Part shown: piece after piece, positions 25,414-36,735 of the stretch
How the letters are laid out: each line of letters starts with the position of its first letter
How positions within the stretch are numbered: position 1 is the first letter of the stretch
Source: Lama guanicoe
Lineage: Eukaryota
Direction: 5' to 3'
DNA: 64,000 bases
NCBI GenBank assembly: GCA_013239625.1
Contig: MU053594.1
Location: 2,484,127-2,548,126 of the forward strand
Notes under the pieces: model-generated
What the model saw: the letters and a program-made list of their open reading frames with translations, nothing else
Databases searched by the model: none
Told to the model about the DNA's origin: nothing
Program-made: the position numbers and the translations under genes

Positions 25414-25947
25414 CCTGGAGATTCTTCTTTGTACTATTACCATGTGCAGATTTTCTAAAGTCTCACCAACACTCGTGTTTAAGCCCAAGTTGGCCGTCCT
25501 CTGGTCTCTTAACTTTCTGGGTTTCTTTCCCTATAAACTACTTTAAATCCATTTCTTACACGAGAAGTAACTTTATCTTCTCAGCTTCCGACTTCCATTT
25601 TGAACTGCTTTTAGAGAGCTCTATCTGGGTCTTCTAGGAATTCAAACTTCATATTTCAAACCGGACTCTTCTCCCCACCGTCCTTGCCCGATCTCGTGAA
25701 CGTCGACTTCCACATCTCAGCGGATCATCACTTTTTCAGTAGCTAAACCTTGATGACTCTGAGTTGTGTTCTATTTCACCTCCAACGTTCCGCCAGTTGT
25801 CAAATCCTGTCAGTCCTGCCTCCGTCGTGGGCTTTCTTTCAGGCTCCTGTCTCTCCCTGCAACTTGACTCCAGCTTGTGCTCTCTCCTCCTTGACAGTGG
25901 CAGTGGTTTCCTATTAGTTTCTTTGTCTCCAACCTCCCCCTTCAGTC

Positions 25948-26427
25948 TGCTGCCAGCGATTAGGCTCTTGTCTCATCACAGAAAGAACTCAGAGATGAAA
26001 CACGGAGGTCAAGAAGGTAAAGTGGGGATTTATTAAGGGATGGATGGTACACTCTCAAGGGGAGAGCCGGCAGGCTCAGGTGAGCAGCTGCCCTGAGTTT
26101 CTTTGTCAACTTGGTTACATAGAGTGTGAAAATGAATGGGAGGAATATTCACTGGGGAGGGAAGGATTTGGGGTCATATTCCCTGATCTCCATCCAAGCT
26201 CTACCTTCCTGTAGGGAGGAAGGATTTTTGTCCTTATTTAGTCTGGACTGGAAGTATCATGGCCTTGGTGCATGATGGGTATTTCTAATCTGCAAGGCTA
26301 ATTTTATTGAAATGAGGGCATAATGAGCAAAAGGTTACATTTGGACACTGGAGATTCCTTCCTTTTCCCACCTTTCTTTGTTGGCCTCCAGGTCACTTGT
26401 CACCCCAAAATGTGTGATTTCTTATCA
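25948..26427 (-). mobile_element. Solo ERV LTR, probably lineage-specific
   Basis: TG...CA ends, tttatt poly(A) signal near 26028, cagtc repeated at both junctions. Confidence 0.6.
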
Positions 26428-27087
26428 GTCCCAAGGTTCCTGCTTTGCTCAAAGACCCCTGTTGTTTACATGATGGATGATTTCCTGCATTTGGAGCAGA
26501 GAAAGGGGGACACACACCAAATGGCAGAAATTGGGCAGAAAGGAGGGACACAGGCCCAATGCAGGGAACCATGTAAACCCCAGGGGTCCCTGGGCAGAGA
26601 AAGAAAAGTAGGAAACTCTGGGCTGATAAGTGGTCACACCTTTGGGCATGATAAATGGCCCAGAAGGTGATGGAGTGGGATGCAGGGCCAGTCCAAATGT
26701 GCCTGAATGGGCAGGGATTCTTGAGACTCAAGTAGGAGAGGTGCCATTCTCTGCCTTGGTCAGGATACCAGGGTGCTTGCAAAGTAGATATAATTAAGCC
26801 TGGGGCAAAGAGGAACACAAGAGGCTCATTCTTAGAAAGTGTACCAGAACCCTGGTTCCAACAGGGCAAGGGTCCATCACATCTGGCATGATGCTAACCT
26901 AAACTGACCTGGGACCAAGACTGTGTAGATTGAAAAACACGTGCCCTGACATTGGTTGACACTCCATTTGGCTGCTTCCTGAATCTACTTTTGTCTGTTC
27001 AGATCTCTCCTGTCTGGTCCTTTTGTAGTTGAACAAGACCCTATGGGGACTTTCCGGGACAGACCCCACTTCAAATGTTGGTGTTGA

Positions 27088-28025
27088 CTGAAACAAAAAG
27101 GACAACACGAGAGCTGAAAGTTCAGTTTTATTGGGGGACTCATGGAGGACTATAGCTGGGGTATAACCTCACAGCTAGCTCTGGGGAGCTGCCCTGAAGA
27201 GGTAGGGGGAGGTCAGTATGTACATGATTTGGGAGAAGGGGTAAGTGCAGTCAAGCACACATCTCGGTAGCAGGTTGCTGCTAGTCACGAGGAGCAGATA
27301 TCTCAGTGATTGTAGTGCTTTTCTAGGTATGAGAAGATGTAAGAAGTTGGGTTCATAATTTCTTCTGAAGATACCTAACTATCTGAAGGTCTGTTCTGCC
27401 AGTTTTTCCCAAGGTGTATGTGGGGCCAGGTGGCACTCTCTGGAGTCATAAAACCCCCATCCCTGGGCTCTCTGTGTGCCTGGAACCTATTGATAGCTTA
27501 ACCCCCACTCCTACTGCAGGTCCCTCCACACACCTGCATTTCTGCAGGATATAAAACATCTTCTCTTGAGGTGTGTTTACCGTAACAAAACTCATCACCC
27601 TGGAGACAGCCCGGTTCACAACACCCTGGGTGGACAGGCCTCACACCCTGCCCTTATCAGAGTCATAAAGCCTATTGCTCAGAGAAGTCCCTGACAGATC
27701 GTACAACCAATCAGGTACCTGTGCACAAGCTGATCACTCAGCACCCTCCCCTCAAATAAAAGACCCTGGACGCCCCTCCCCGATGCTCACGCAGGCTCCC
27801 CTCGCCTGTGTGGCCCGCTGCTGCCGAGAGCGGTGCACCTGTTAAACTTTCCTAAACTTTCCTTGGTCTCTGGTAATTCTTTACTGTCACTGTCCCCATG
27901 TTGTGTGCCCACAGCAGTACAGAGTGCCTCATTCTTGAGCTCCACCCTGGACTCCTTTCAGGATGTGTTGAAGGTCATGGCTTCATTATTCTAGAATCAG
28001 ATGACGAGTGACATTCCTGTTTGCA
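27088..28025 (-). mobile_element. ERV1-type solo LTR split by a second LTR
   Basis: tgttgactgaaac...agttttattgggg...gccagtttttcccaaggtgta [insert] cagagtgcctcattcttgagctccaccctggactcctttcagg. Confidence 0.65.
27419..27916 (+). mobile_element. Nested solo LTR
   Basis: TG start, CCAAT near 27707, aaataaaag TATA-like near 27755, CpG-retaining R region, CA end; gta on both flanks. Confidence 0.65.
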
Positions 28026-28953
28026 CTTGGAATTTTTTCATCTCCCCAGGTTTCTAGAGGTGGGTGGGGGAGCCCAGCCAGCTGCCTGGTTGACTGAGCT
28101 GGATCTTATCACAGACCCCTCTTACCGATCACCCTTAATTGACCGCACTTGATCCCACAGCATGACCATTGCTCAGAATTCTAGAAGCCGTGCTTACATC
28201 TTGTTCCCTCAGCCTGCACCTCTTAGCTGTGCCCAGCTCCTGTACCTTTCCATTGTCACGTGTCCCAGCTAGCTGAGAGTCCCACTGGGGGCACTGTCTC
28301 TCCCATAGAATTGGCTGACTCTTCCCTCGTAGGTGGACTGCCTCGCTGTGGCTTGGTCTGGTCCTCCTGGGCTTCTCCTTAACATGTGCCAAGTAAGGGA
28401 CAGGGATGGAGATCCACTGACAGCCCCTGAAACCACAAGGAAGGTGGGGGACAGCCTGCATTCGGCGTTTCTTCCCTCCACTATTCTGAGGTTTCTGCAT
28501 AAGATCAGGGGAAACTTCTTTGAGAAGAAAGAACCATTCCTTTCCCATTTTCTCTTTCCTGCTCCTTCGTGACCACGTCCTCCTCTATTGAGTTTCCCTA
28601 GATGTTGAGTAAGGTCCACAGATATCCAGGGTGGTTCCCAGTCCTGGGGAGAGACTTCAGGAGACACATTTTTTCAGTCTGTTGTAGAGTAAGGGACTGG
28701 GGTCTGGGGTTTAGGTCTCCTGGATTCTAGCCTTTGGTTTTTCCTGATACACTGGGTACATCTTTGAGCAGCCTGGCATAAAAAAAGACATTTTAATATG
28801 ATGTGTGGATACAGGCTACAGGGGGTTCAGAAAGCCTTTGAGTGTGGGTAGTTTTTGCTTTTGGTTCCCTTTTCCTGCCTTGGACAGATCTCTCTGCTTC
28901 TTTCCTTGCCTCTGTGAGTCTCCAGGGACATCCTCTGGGACAATTTTCAGTTT

Positions 28954-28972
28954 GAGCCACTAGGTGGTGCCA
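28954..28972 (+). promoter_or_regulatory. CTCF-binding motif
   Basis: GAGCCACTAGGTGGTGCCA closely matches the CCASYAGRKGGCRS core. Confidence 0.6.
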
Positions 28973-29274
28973 CAAACCTATCAGTCACTCACCAAAAAGG
29001 TCACTGCCAGCTGGGATAAGAGCAAGGATTTCTTGGGAACTGCAGTGATGTGGTAGAAGGAATGCACTGTTTTCTTCCTCCAGACTCTGGAAGTCAACCT
29101 CAATGTTCTTTCCATGGCTGCCTGAGGAGAAGGAGGCCATTTCCCCAACTTCACTGAGCATTCCTCTGACCCTTTCCCCCTGCCCTTTGCTGCTGACTGG
29201 AGTAGGTAGCTGCACACAGAGGAGAGGCATCCTTCTTTGTGATCCTGGCGTGGGAACGCCTCTCTTGTTCACGA

Positions 29275-29450
29275 GAGGCAGCAGAGACCAGTGGTTAAGT
29301 GTACAGACTCTATATCTATCGGATCACATTTGAACCTGGCTCCATTTATAAACTATGTAAATGTGAGCAAGTCACTCAACTTCCCCGTGCCTCAGTTTTT
29401 TTCATCTATAAAATGGGGAGAAGGAAAGTGACCTGCTTTAGGATGGTTAC
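29275..29450 (+). mobile_element. MIR SINE
   Basis: gtggttaag...tttgaacctggctcca...gagcaagtcactcaacttccccgtgcctcagtttttttcatctataaaatgggg. Confidence 0.85.
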
Positions 29451-30995
29451 ACTGTGGCGGTGTAGCTATCACTTATTAGACTATCCAGTTTAGATACTAG
29501 ATCAAACCAAACAAACTTCAGTCCCCGGTGGGGTCGATCTGCCATCTCAGTGGCCCTGGAGAGACACTATCAGTCCATGTCTTTTCTAGTCTTTTTTCCA
29601 AAAAGAAACCTTGGTGTGCCTCCTGCTCCCAGAAGTGGGAGAGCTCTACCTCTGGCCACAAAGCTGGTAGAAGACCGTGAGGCTGCTCTTCTGGTCTTGA
29701 ACTTCTTCCCATGACCATCTCCTTGAAGGTAGAGCCTCCAGACCATACACCAGTGTCCCAACTGGTGGCTGCCTCCCACCAGCTGTCTGCTGTTGGCAAT
29801 TCTTCCCTTTGAAACCACAGTGTATCTAACTTGGCATTTTTTTCTTTACATTTCTGGGTCCTCAGTTATGAAATCATTTTGGTTGTTCAAAAATATTGAT
29901 TCCAGGAGCTCTTAGGGCTGGACACTCTGTTGGCATGTTGTGAATCTGCTGTGGCATTGTCACTGGAGTGTGTGTTGTCAATTCCAGCAGCCTAGGGAAA
30001 GGAACTGGCTCTCTTCTCACAGCAAACAGGAGGAACTGCCAAGCCATCAGTTCACTGAGTGACTCCTGGGGATGCCAGGCTGTGAAAGGAGAGAGCAGAG
30101 TCCTCTGGACATACCAGCCCTCTGCTCTCAACATCAGGTTATAAAATGCAATTCACATCCCCTCGGGGCTCTCTGAAGATCAATATATGCTATTGATAAT
30201 AACTCTCTTTACCGCTTAGGTTTTCCTGAATTATCTGTATTTCCTGTTCTTCAGATTTGTCCTCCAGTTAGTGGCTTATTGACTCACGTTGGGGGTGAAG
30301 TGGAGGTTAGAAGACGAGACAAAACTGAATCCCTTATGGGCTCAGGGATTTCGAGCACAGTCATCTTCAGGCAACAGAGGCGGCCCTGGAGGGTCCTAAA
30401 GACTCCTTATCACCAAGCAGCTGATTGGCTTCCTCAGCTAGAGAAACAGTCCTTCCTTTTTTCGACTGGCTTCTGGGAGAGATGAACATTTTGAATAGGA
30501 GAAGATTTCTGTGCCTACACAAAAAAGGCACACAGCCTCACTCATTCCTGACAAACAGATTTGTGCCTTGGATTCTGTGGTGAAAATATTGTCTTTTTTT
30601 TTAAGTTGTGCATTTTTCTGTTGAAACCTGCTAAAGGATGTTGAGTGATCTTTTCTCCTAACACCCCAGAATGGGCACTAGGGACCGCAGCTGAAGACAA
30701 CAAGTGGGGACAACCTGCCACTGTGGAGACAGCCACCTGCGCTCATGGGGCCCTGGAAGCCACCTCCTCCAGGTTTATTAGGAAGTAATGAACAGTCCTT
30801 CTACCAACAGCCACCGCTCCCCGCCTCCCCCCACCCCACCCAAGTCTGTACAAGGAAACTAAGGAGAAAGAAGGGTAAGAAAGGAAAAAAGCCACTGATG
30901 GGCAGTGTTTGTTTTGAGAAGTGAATTCTTGCCCATCTTCTGGGCAAGGAGTAAGTCATATGTCACTGCCCCTCCACAGCTCCGTGATGGGGAGG

Positions 30996-31198
30996 CTTAT
31001 CTACCAAGCAGACTCATAGACATAGGGAACAAACTTATGGCTACCAGGGGGTAAAGGCGGTGGGATGAACTGGGAATTCGAGACTTGCACCTCTTGGGGA
31101 ATGATGGAAATGTTAGCTGTCTTGACTGTGGTGATGGTTTCATTGGTGTATATATCTGTTAGAATTCATCCAATTGTATATCTGGGGAAAAAAAGAAA
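30996..31198 (+). mobile_element. L1 3' end with atypical L1M-like tail
   Basis: cagactcatagacatagggaacaaacttatggctacc...gagacttgca|cctcttggggaatgatggaaatgttagctgtcttgactgtgg. Confidence 0.75.
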
Positions 31199-31707
31199 TT
31201 GGGGAAGGGGAGCTAGGCATCTTGATGTCTGGTTGGGTGACTTGCTACCTTGTGCAGATGACATTGTGGCATGGTCCTCTGCAGGTGGAAGCTTGGAGGA
31301 AGGAGGTGGCTGGAACCAGAGTTAGAGCTCCTGAATCAAGAAGTATGCTGAGCAGGGGCCCTGGGAGCCCCATCAAGAGGTCCCACATGGGCTTTTTGAA
31401 GAGCAAATATTTGAACAGCAACCACCTGCGGGGTGTCTATAGCTAGTTAATGTTACCTTGAGAAGCAAAGAGACTAATGGGGAGAGGAAACACAGGGGCC
31501 AGTTAAATAGGAGACACCTCTCTCTGCCTCCTTCCTGCCAACATACTGGAGAGACTAAGCATTAAAGGGAGGTAGAGGGAAGGCCGCTCAGAGCTTCCCC
31601 TATTGCCTTCCCCTCTGGCACAAAGGTCTGGGTCAGAACTATGCTAGTGGGAGGAGATGGTATGATATGCATATCAAGTTTGAGATTAAAATCTCAATTG
31701 GACTAAG

Positions 31708-31765
31708 TTTTTTTTTTTAATGAAATATAGTCAGTTTACAAGGTTGTGTTAATTTCTGGTGTATG
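31708..31765 (-). mobile_element. Very short L1 tail with TSD
   Basis: T-run then aatgaaatatagtcagtttacaaggttgtgttaatttctggtgta; ctaagtttt on both flanks. Confidence 0.8.
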
Positions 31766-32234
31766 GGCTAAGTTTTAACAATAGAAAATAACCAGAAAAA
31801 TTTTGAAATCTGCCTAGGATGTCACTAAGGAATGCAAAAGTCAGATTTGATTGCGCTTCATTGAAGGCAGTGATTAGAGAAAAAACTACACCATGTTCAT
31901 ACCACACTTATTTGGCTCAGAGCAATACACTCGTTACAAGCCTTTTAAAAATGATTTGTCCCAAAAGGGACACAGCCATCTTTAAAAGAGGTGTGTGTAG
32001 TATAAATTGGAGATGGCTTTATTAGCAGATATATTTTCTGTAGCAGGAAGTCATAAACTTTTCTGGTATAAAACACAGGTTTTTCCTAACTCTAATATCT
32101 TAACTAAAAGCAAATCATAAAAAGCCACTTGGTGTTAAATTTTAATAGATTTCTATGCAGTTCAAGGTGAGCGTTGGGGATTAAGATGAAGGATTATTGC
32201 TAGCCTACTTAAAGTAGACTCAAATCCACCAAGA

Positions 32235-32797
32235 ATGCTAACAGTCATGTCCACTTGCATTTCTCTAGTAGTGATGCTGAGCATTTTGTTCATGTGCTTT
32301 TTAGCCATCTTTTTGTCTTCTCTGGAAAAATGTCTATTTAGGTCTTCGGCCCATTTATTGATTGGGTTATTTGGCATTTTTTTGATATTGAGATGTAGGA
32401 GCTGTTTATGGATTTTGGATAGTAACCCCTTGTCAGTCATATCATTTGCATATCTTCTATTCCATAGGTTGTCGTTTCATTTTATTGATGGTTTCCTTTG
32501 TTGTGCAAAAGCTTCTGAGTTTAATGAGGTCCAATTTGTTTAGTTTTGCTTTTCTTTTGCCTTGGAAGACAGATTAAAAAAATATATTGCTTCGATTTAT
32601 GTCAAAGAGTGCTCTGCCTACATTCTCTTATATGAGTTTTATGGTTTCAGGTCTTAACATTTAGGTCTTTAATCCATTTTTGAGTTGATTTTTTTGTATA
32701 TGGCATGAGGAAATGTTCTAATCGCATTGTTTGACATGTAGCTGTCCAGTTTTCCCAGCACCACTTACTGAAGAGATTGTCTTTTCTCCATTGTATT
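32235..32797 (-). mobile_element. L1 ORF2 C-terminal fragment, decayed
   Basis: ORF 32162-32440 translates [17 protein letters not shown]...[19 protein letters not shown], an L1 ORF2p motif. Confidence 0.9.
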
Positions 32798-34572
32798 AAA
32801 AAGTTCTCTGAGCAGGCTTATATATTGGAACATCTTGGGGGCTCTTCTAGATTCTACATTCATTTTGACTGGTTCTGTTCAAATATTCAGCCACTAGGAG
32901 TTCCAATTCATTCTCTGAGGACTAATGGATCCCTACAGCGGTTTAGTAGCCCCTCCCTGCTCCCCACCTCCACCGCCAAGTCAACAAAAATGGGCCTGCC
33001 TGGTGTGGCCCACTAGGCATGGCTTCTCTTGGCCTTTGATGACTTTCCTTATCTGACCATTGGCCATTGATTGTGACCTCTGCAGAAGGTTCTCTTCTCA
33101 TTGCCCCTGTCTATGACCTCAGCTTAGCCTAACTTATAAAATTCTCTTGTTTGGCCATGACATTTGCTCTGCTTGTTAAGCTCCGCTGTCTGTCTTGGTT
33201 AAACATTTTCCAAGTGTTGATTCTTGTTTTTAAACCATTTTGCTTTTAAAAATCGCAACATGGGAGGTGAATAGGATAGCAGTGTTTGCAAAGAGGAAAG
33301 GATATTGGTCGGAGAGCATTTATGGTGGGGCTATATGGCGTAGCATTAAATCTGAGTTTTCTGATACGTGTTCAGTATATTTTGCCCCTCTGCTCTCTCA
33401 CTGGTACCCTGGGGCTGTTTTCCCCTTTCCAGCCCACACAGAAACAAAGACTTTAAAGGAGCTGCCAGGCCTAACCCGGGAAGAGAAAACGGATGCATGC
33501 TCGCGTTTAGCAGTTTTCCATCCCCCATGGTGAGGTAACCTGGAGCTGGGGAAAAGAGAAGAGGAGGAGGATGGACAACAGACCAGAGTGGTTGGAGTGG
33601 GGAGGGGGAGAACCCCAGGCTTAGTGAGGATTAGGGATGGAGTGATGGTCCTTGGTACCCAACAATCCATCCACTGCTTGTGTGCAACCTGCTGTCCCCC
33701 AGTCCTGGAACCCTACAAGCCCCTGAGCAGAGGGTGAGGAATTTGGGGCACCTTGTGTGAGAAGGGGGTATAAAATGAAAACTTCATCCCTGATCAAGGA
33801 GGAGCAGTTCAGAGCCAGTCAGATTCCCACTGTTACATACTTCAGTACGAACTGAGCTGGTTCGCCAGCTTGTGGGTAAAAATGATGCATTTCACCTGGA
33901 TTTTAAGTTCTGCGATCTGGTCATTCCAGAGGGTCTAATGTCTCAATGGAAAATGTTGTTAATTTTATGGATTCAAATGAATTACAAGGTACAAGGCACA
34001 AGACTACAAGAGTGCAAGATATGAACACCTTACACTCATGTGTAAGACTGAGTGGTGATTGAAGCGTTCATTAGTGTCCTGAACTGGATGCTTAATTTTT
34101 TAAATGAAACTGTATTTTGTTACTTAAAGTGACTTAAAATGAACAGAAAACTCATGAGGCCTGCTAAGTTTTTATCTAGAGCAGGGGCAAAGCTTCATTC
34201 ACTGAACAGCTTCAAAGGGCATTGAGGAGACAAAAATAAAGTTGTTTTAATGAAATCCCACTCAGTGGGCCTATTTCAACATATGTGTCCTACATATAAG
34301 TATATTAGGACTTATTGAGCATTTAAATAGTTATTTCATAGATTTGGTATAACATGAGTCCAATCATTTGCCTTCAAACATTATAATTATATCTAGCAAG
34401 CAAATACTTGATATGCATCATAAGATATGACAGGTAAATTATAAGTATAAATCCTATTTTCTGACATCACATTTCAGTTGTATTTTTTTAATATTATATT
34501 GATATCACCCGGATAAAATGTAAGTAGGTCCATGTAATGTGTATGTTTTGTTTTACTAAAAAGTATAAACTT

Positions 34573-34677
34573 AGGGAAGGATATAGCTTAAGTGGTAGAG
34601 CACATGCTTAGCATACATGAGGTCCTGGGTTTAATCCCCAGTACCTACCCTAAAAATAAATGAATGAATAATAAAAA
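34573..34677 (+). mobile_element. tRNA-Ala-derived SINE (vic-1 type) with 15-bp TSD
   Basis: gggaaggatatagcttaagtggtagagcacatgcttagcatacatgaggtcctgggtttaatccccag; TSD aaaaagtataaactt at 34558-34572 and 34678-34692. Confidence 0.9.
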
Positions 34678-35168
34678 AAAAAGTATAAACTTTAGGTTGT
34701 CTTAATACCTCTAGAGTTTATCAATTACCAGCCCTTTCTCAGGGTTTATAATTTTTCCAAACTGTGGGTCTAAAACCGCATCAATTATGCATTACATTTT
34801 TAGCACAATTATCATTTACGGTATCTTCTATCTCTTATGTCATTTTATGTCTGAGAAAAAATTAAGATGTGTACTTTCCTATGTACCTTTGTGACAGTTA
34901 GAGGATGTCATCATTGGTAGTCTTGTGAGGTGCTGATAAAAACTCCACTGTTGCAAATAACTGCTTTGGTCCAGTGGAGACAGTATCAGCCATTAAAACT
35001 TGACCAATACATTAAAGCAGCTCAGAAACCACTAAGCAGTTTCTCAGTAATCCGTCTGATTATTTTACATTTTTTCCATGTTTGCATTTTGAAAAAGAAA
35101 GATACTGCTGGAACTCACTTCTTCGAGGAAGTAACCTGCTTAGGTAAGAGCGACTAGTTAGTGTAAAT

Positions 35169-35346
35169 CAGGGGTAAGCTAACGTCATCTATAAATATTT
35201 TAAGGCTTTCTGGGCCATTAGTCTCTGTCTTAGCCACTCGACTCTGCCATTGTAGCATGAAAGCCATCACAGAAAATATGTAAACTGATGAGCTGACTCC
35301 TTCTAAAACGTTATTTATAAAAATTGCTAGCATTTGGCCTGCAGGC
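35169..35346. mobile_element. MER58A-like hAT MITE
   Basis: aaatattttaaggctttctgggcca...actcgactctgccattgtagcatgaaagc...ttggcctgcaggct. Confidence 0.8.
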
Positions 35347-36643
35347 TCTAGTATGCTCATCACTGGCTTAGAGGATAGAATGTTCACTTCAAACTTTTTC
35401 TTTGTTTGGAAGTAAGTGGAATTAAATAAATGCTGGCAACTTATAAAGTCTTGCACGGAGCAATGGTGGAACAATGGAAGTTTTGCTCTCTGTGTGTTTG
35501 TCAGGAGTCCTTTTAAGAAAACATCCCAAGTACTGGAACTTTATCTGAAAAATTTCAAGCCTAAGAACTAGTATCAGATGCCACCATGTCTGTCCAGAGG
35601 AGGAATCAAAAGGAGGGCAGATTCTATAATGTTGCAAATGAGCCACTGGCATGGACTCACCTCTGACTTGCATCAGTGGTCCCAGGCTGACAAGGGCTCA
35701 CCATTCCAGAGGGAGCCTCTGGCCATTCAATTATCCAGGGCACTGCAGAAGAGCAGGAAACAGACATACACACAGAGAGCTTTAAAAATGGCTCATGGAC
35801 CCATCTACACACTTCCCTCACAGAAGAGACTCTAGTCTGTCAGTAACAACACATTCATCCTTACTTTAGAGTCAGGTACCTGATTTCCTAGCCCCAAATG
35901 GGTCATAATCAGCACATTAGTAAGGGGGGATAAGAAGGCTGCTGCTGGAGGCTGACAATCTGAGAGTAAGGAGAATGTGGGCTTGGAAAAGACACAACAG
36001 TTCAAACCCTCCAGCCTTCTAGTCCATTTGCTACTGGGATAAACAGTCCTTATGTACTGCTATTGATTTTGGTGAAGATAATTATGAAATATGAGCCAGA
36101 TCAATCAGATGCATTGTGAAAATAACTAAGTATTGACAGGTGTGTGTTTATGAATAGATGTGACTCAAGCTCAGTGAAATTGACTGAAGAAATGGCTTAA
36201 ATGAACACGAAAAAGAGCAGTTTTCTGGAGACATATTCACCAATTTTTTAGCAGCCCAAAGTATGCAGGCAATGACTACTATGTATATTTCCTGGAGACA
36301 AAGGTGGACAAAGGTCTCTTGGAATTAAAAGACAGTGTGAAATTAGGAGCCTACTTGATCTTGACTCCAGGTCAACATGAAAACCTTAACCATATTCTGT
36401 CTACTGTCTTAAGAATGGGGAGAAAAACTTCCAAAATATGCAATGACTTTCTAAAAATGATTCCAATACAAGTGGTTAAAATTATTAACAAAATAGTTTT
36501 GGCTACTTAAAGGTGTAAAATTATTTGAAACACTTCATTTCACATAAATAAAGCATTACTCTTCTTAAGTAAGGCCAGATGTGGAAACAAATTATTATTT
36601 TTTTTTTTTGCTGAAGTTTTGGGGATTTATACTTACAGAAGGT

Positions 36644-36681
36644 TATATATATGTATATATGTGTGTGTATATATATACATG

Positions 36682-36730
<49 letters not shown>
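36644..36730. repeat. (TA)n microsatellite
   Basis: Direct reading. Confidence 0.95.

Positions 36731-36735
<5 letters not shown>

Noticed and set aside
22469..25488. Ser-rich, Arg/Lys-rich and KEGR-repeat ORFs
   Set aside because: Translations of simple repeats.
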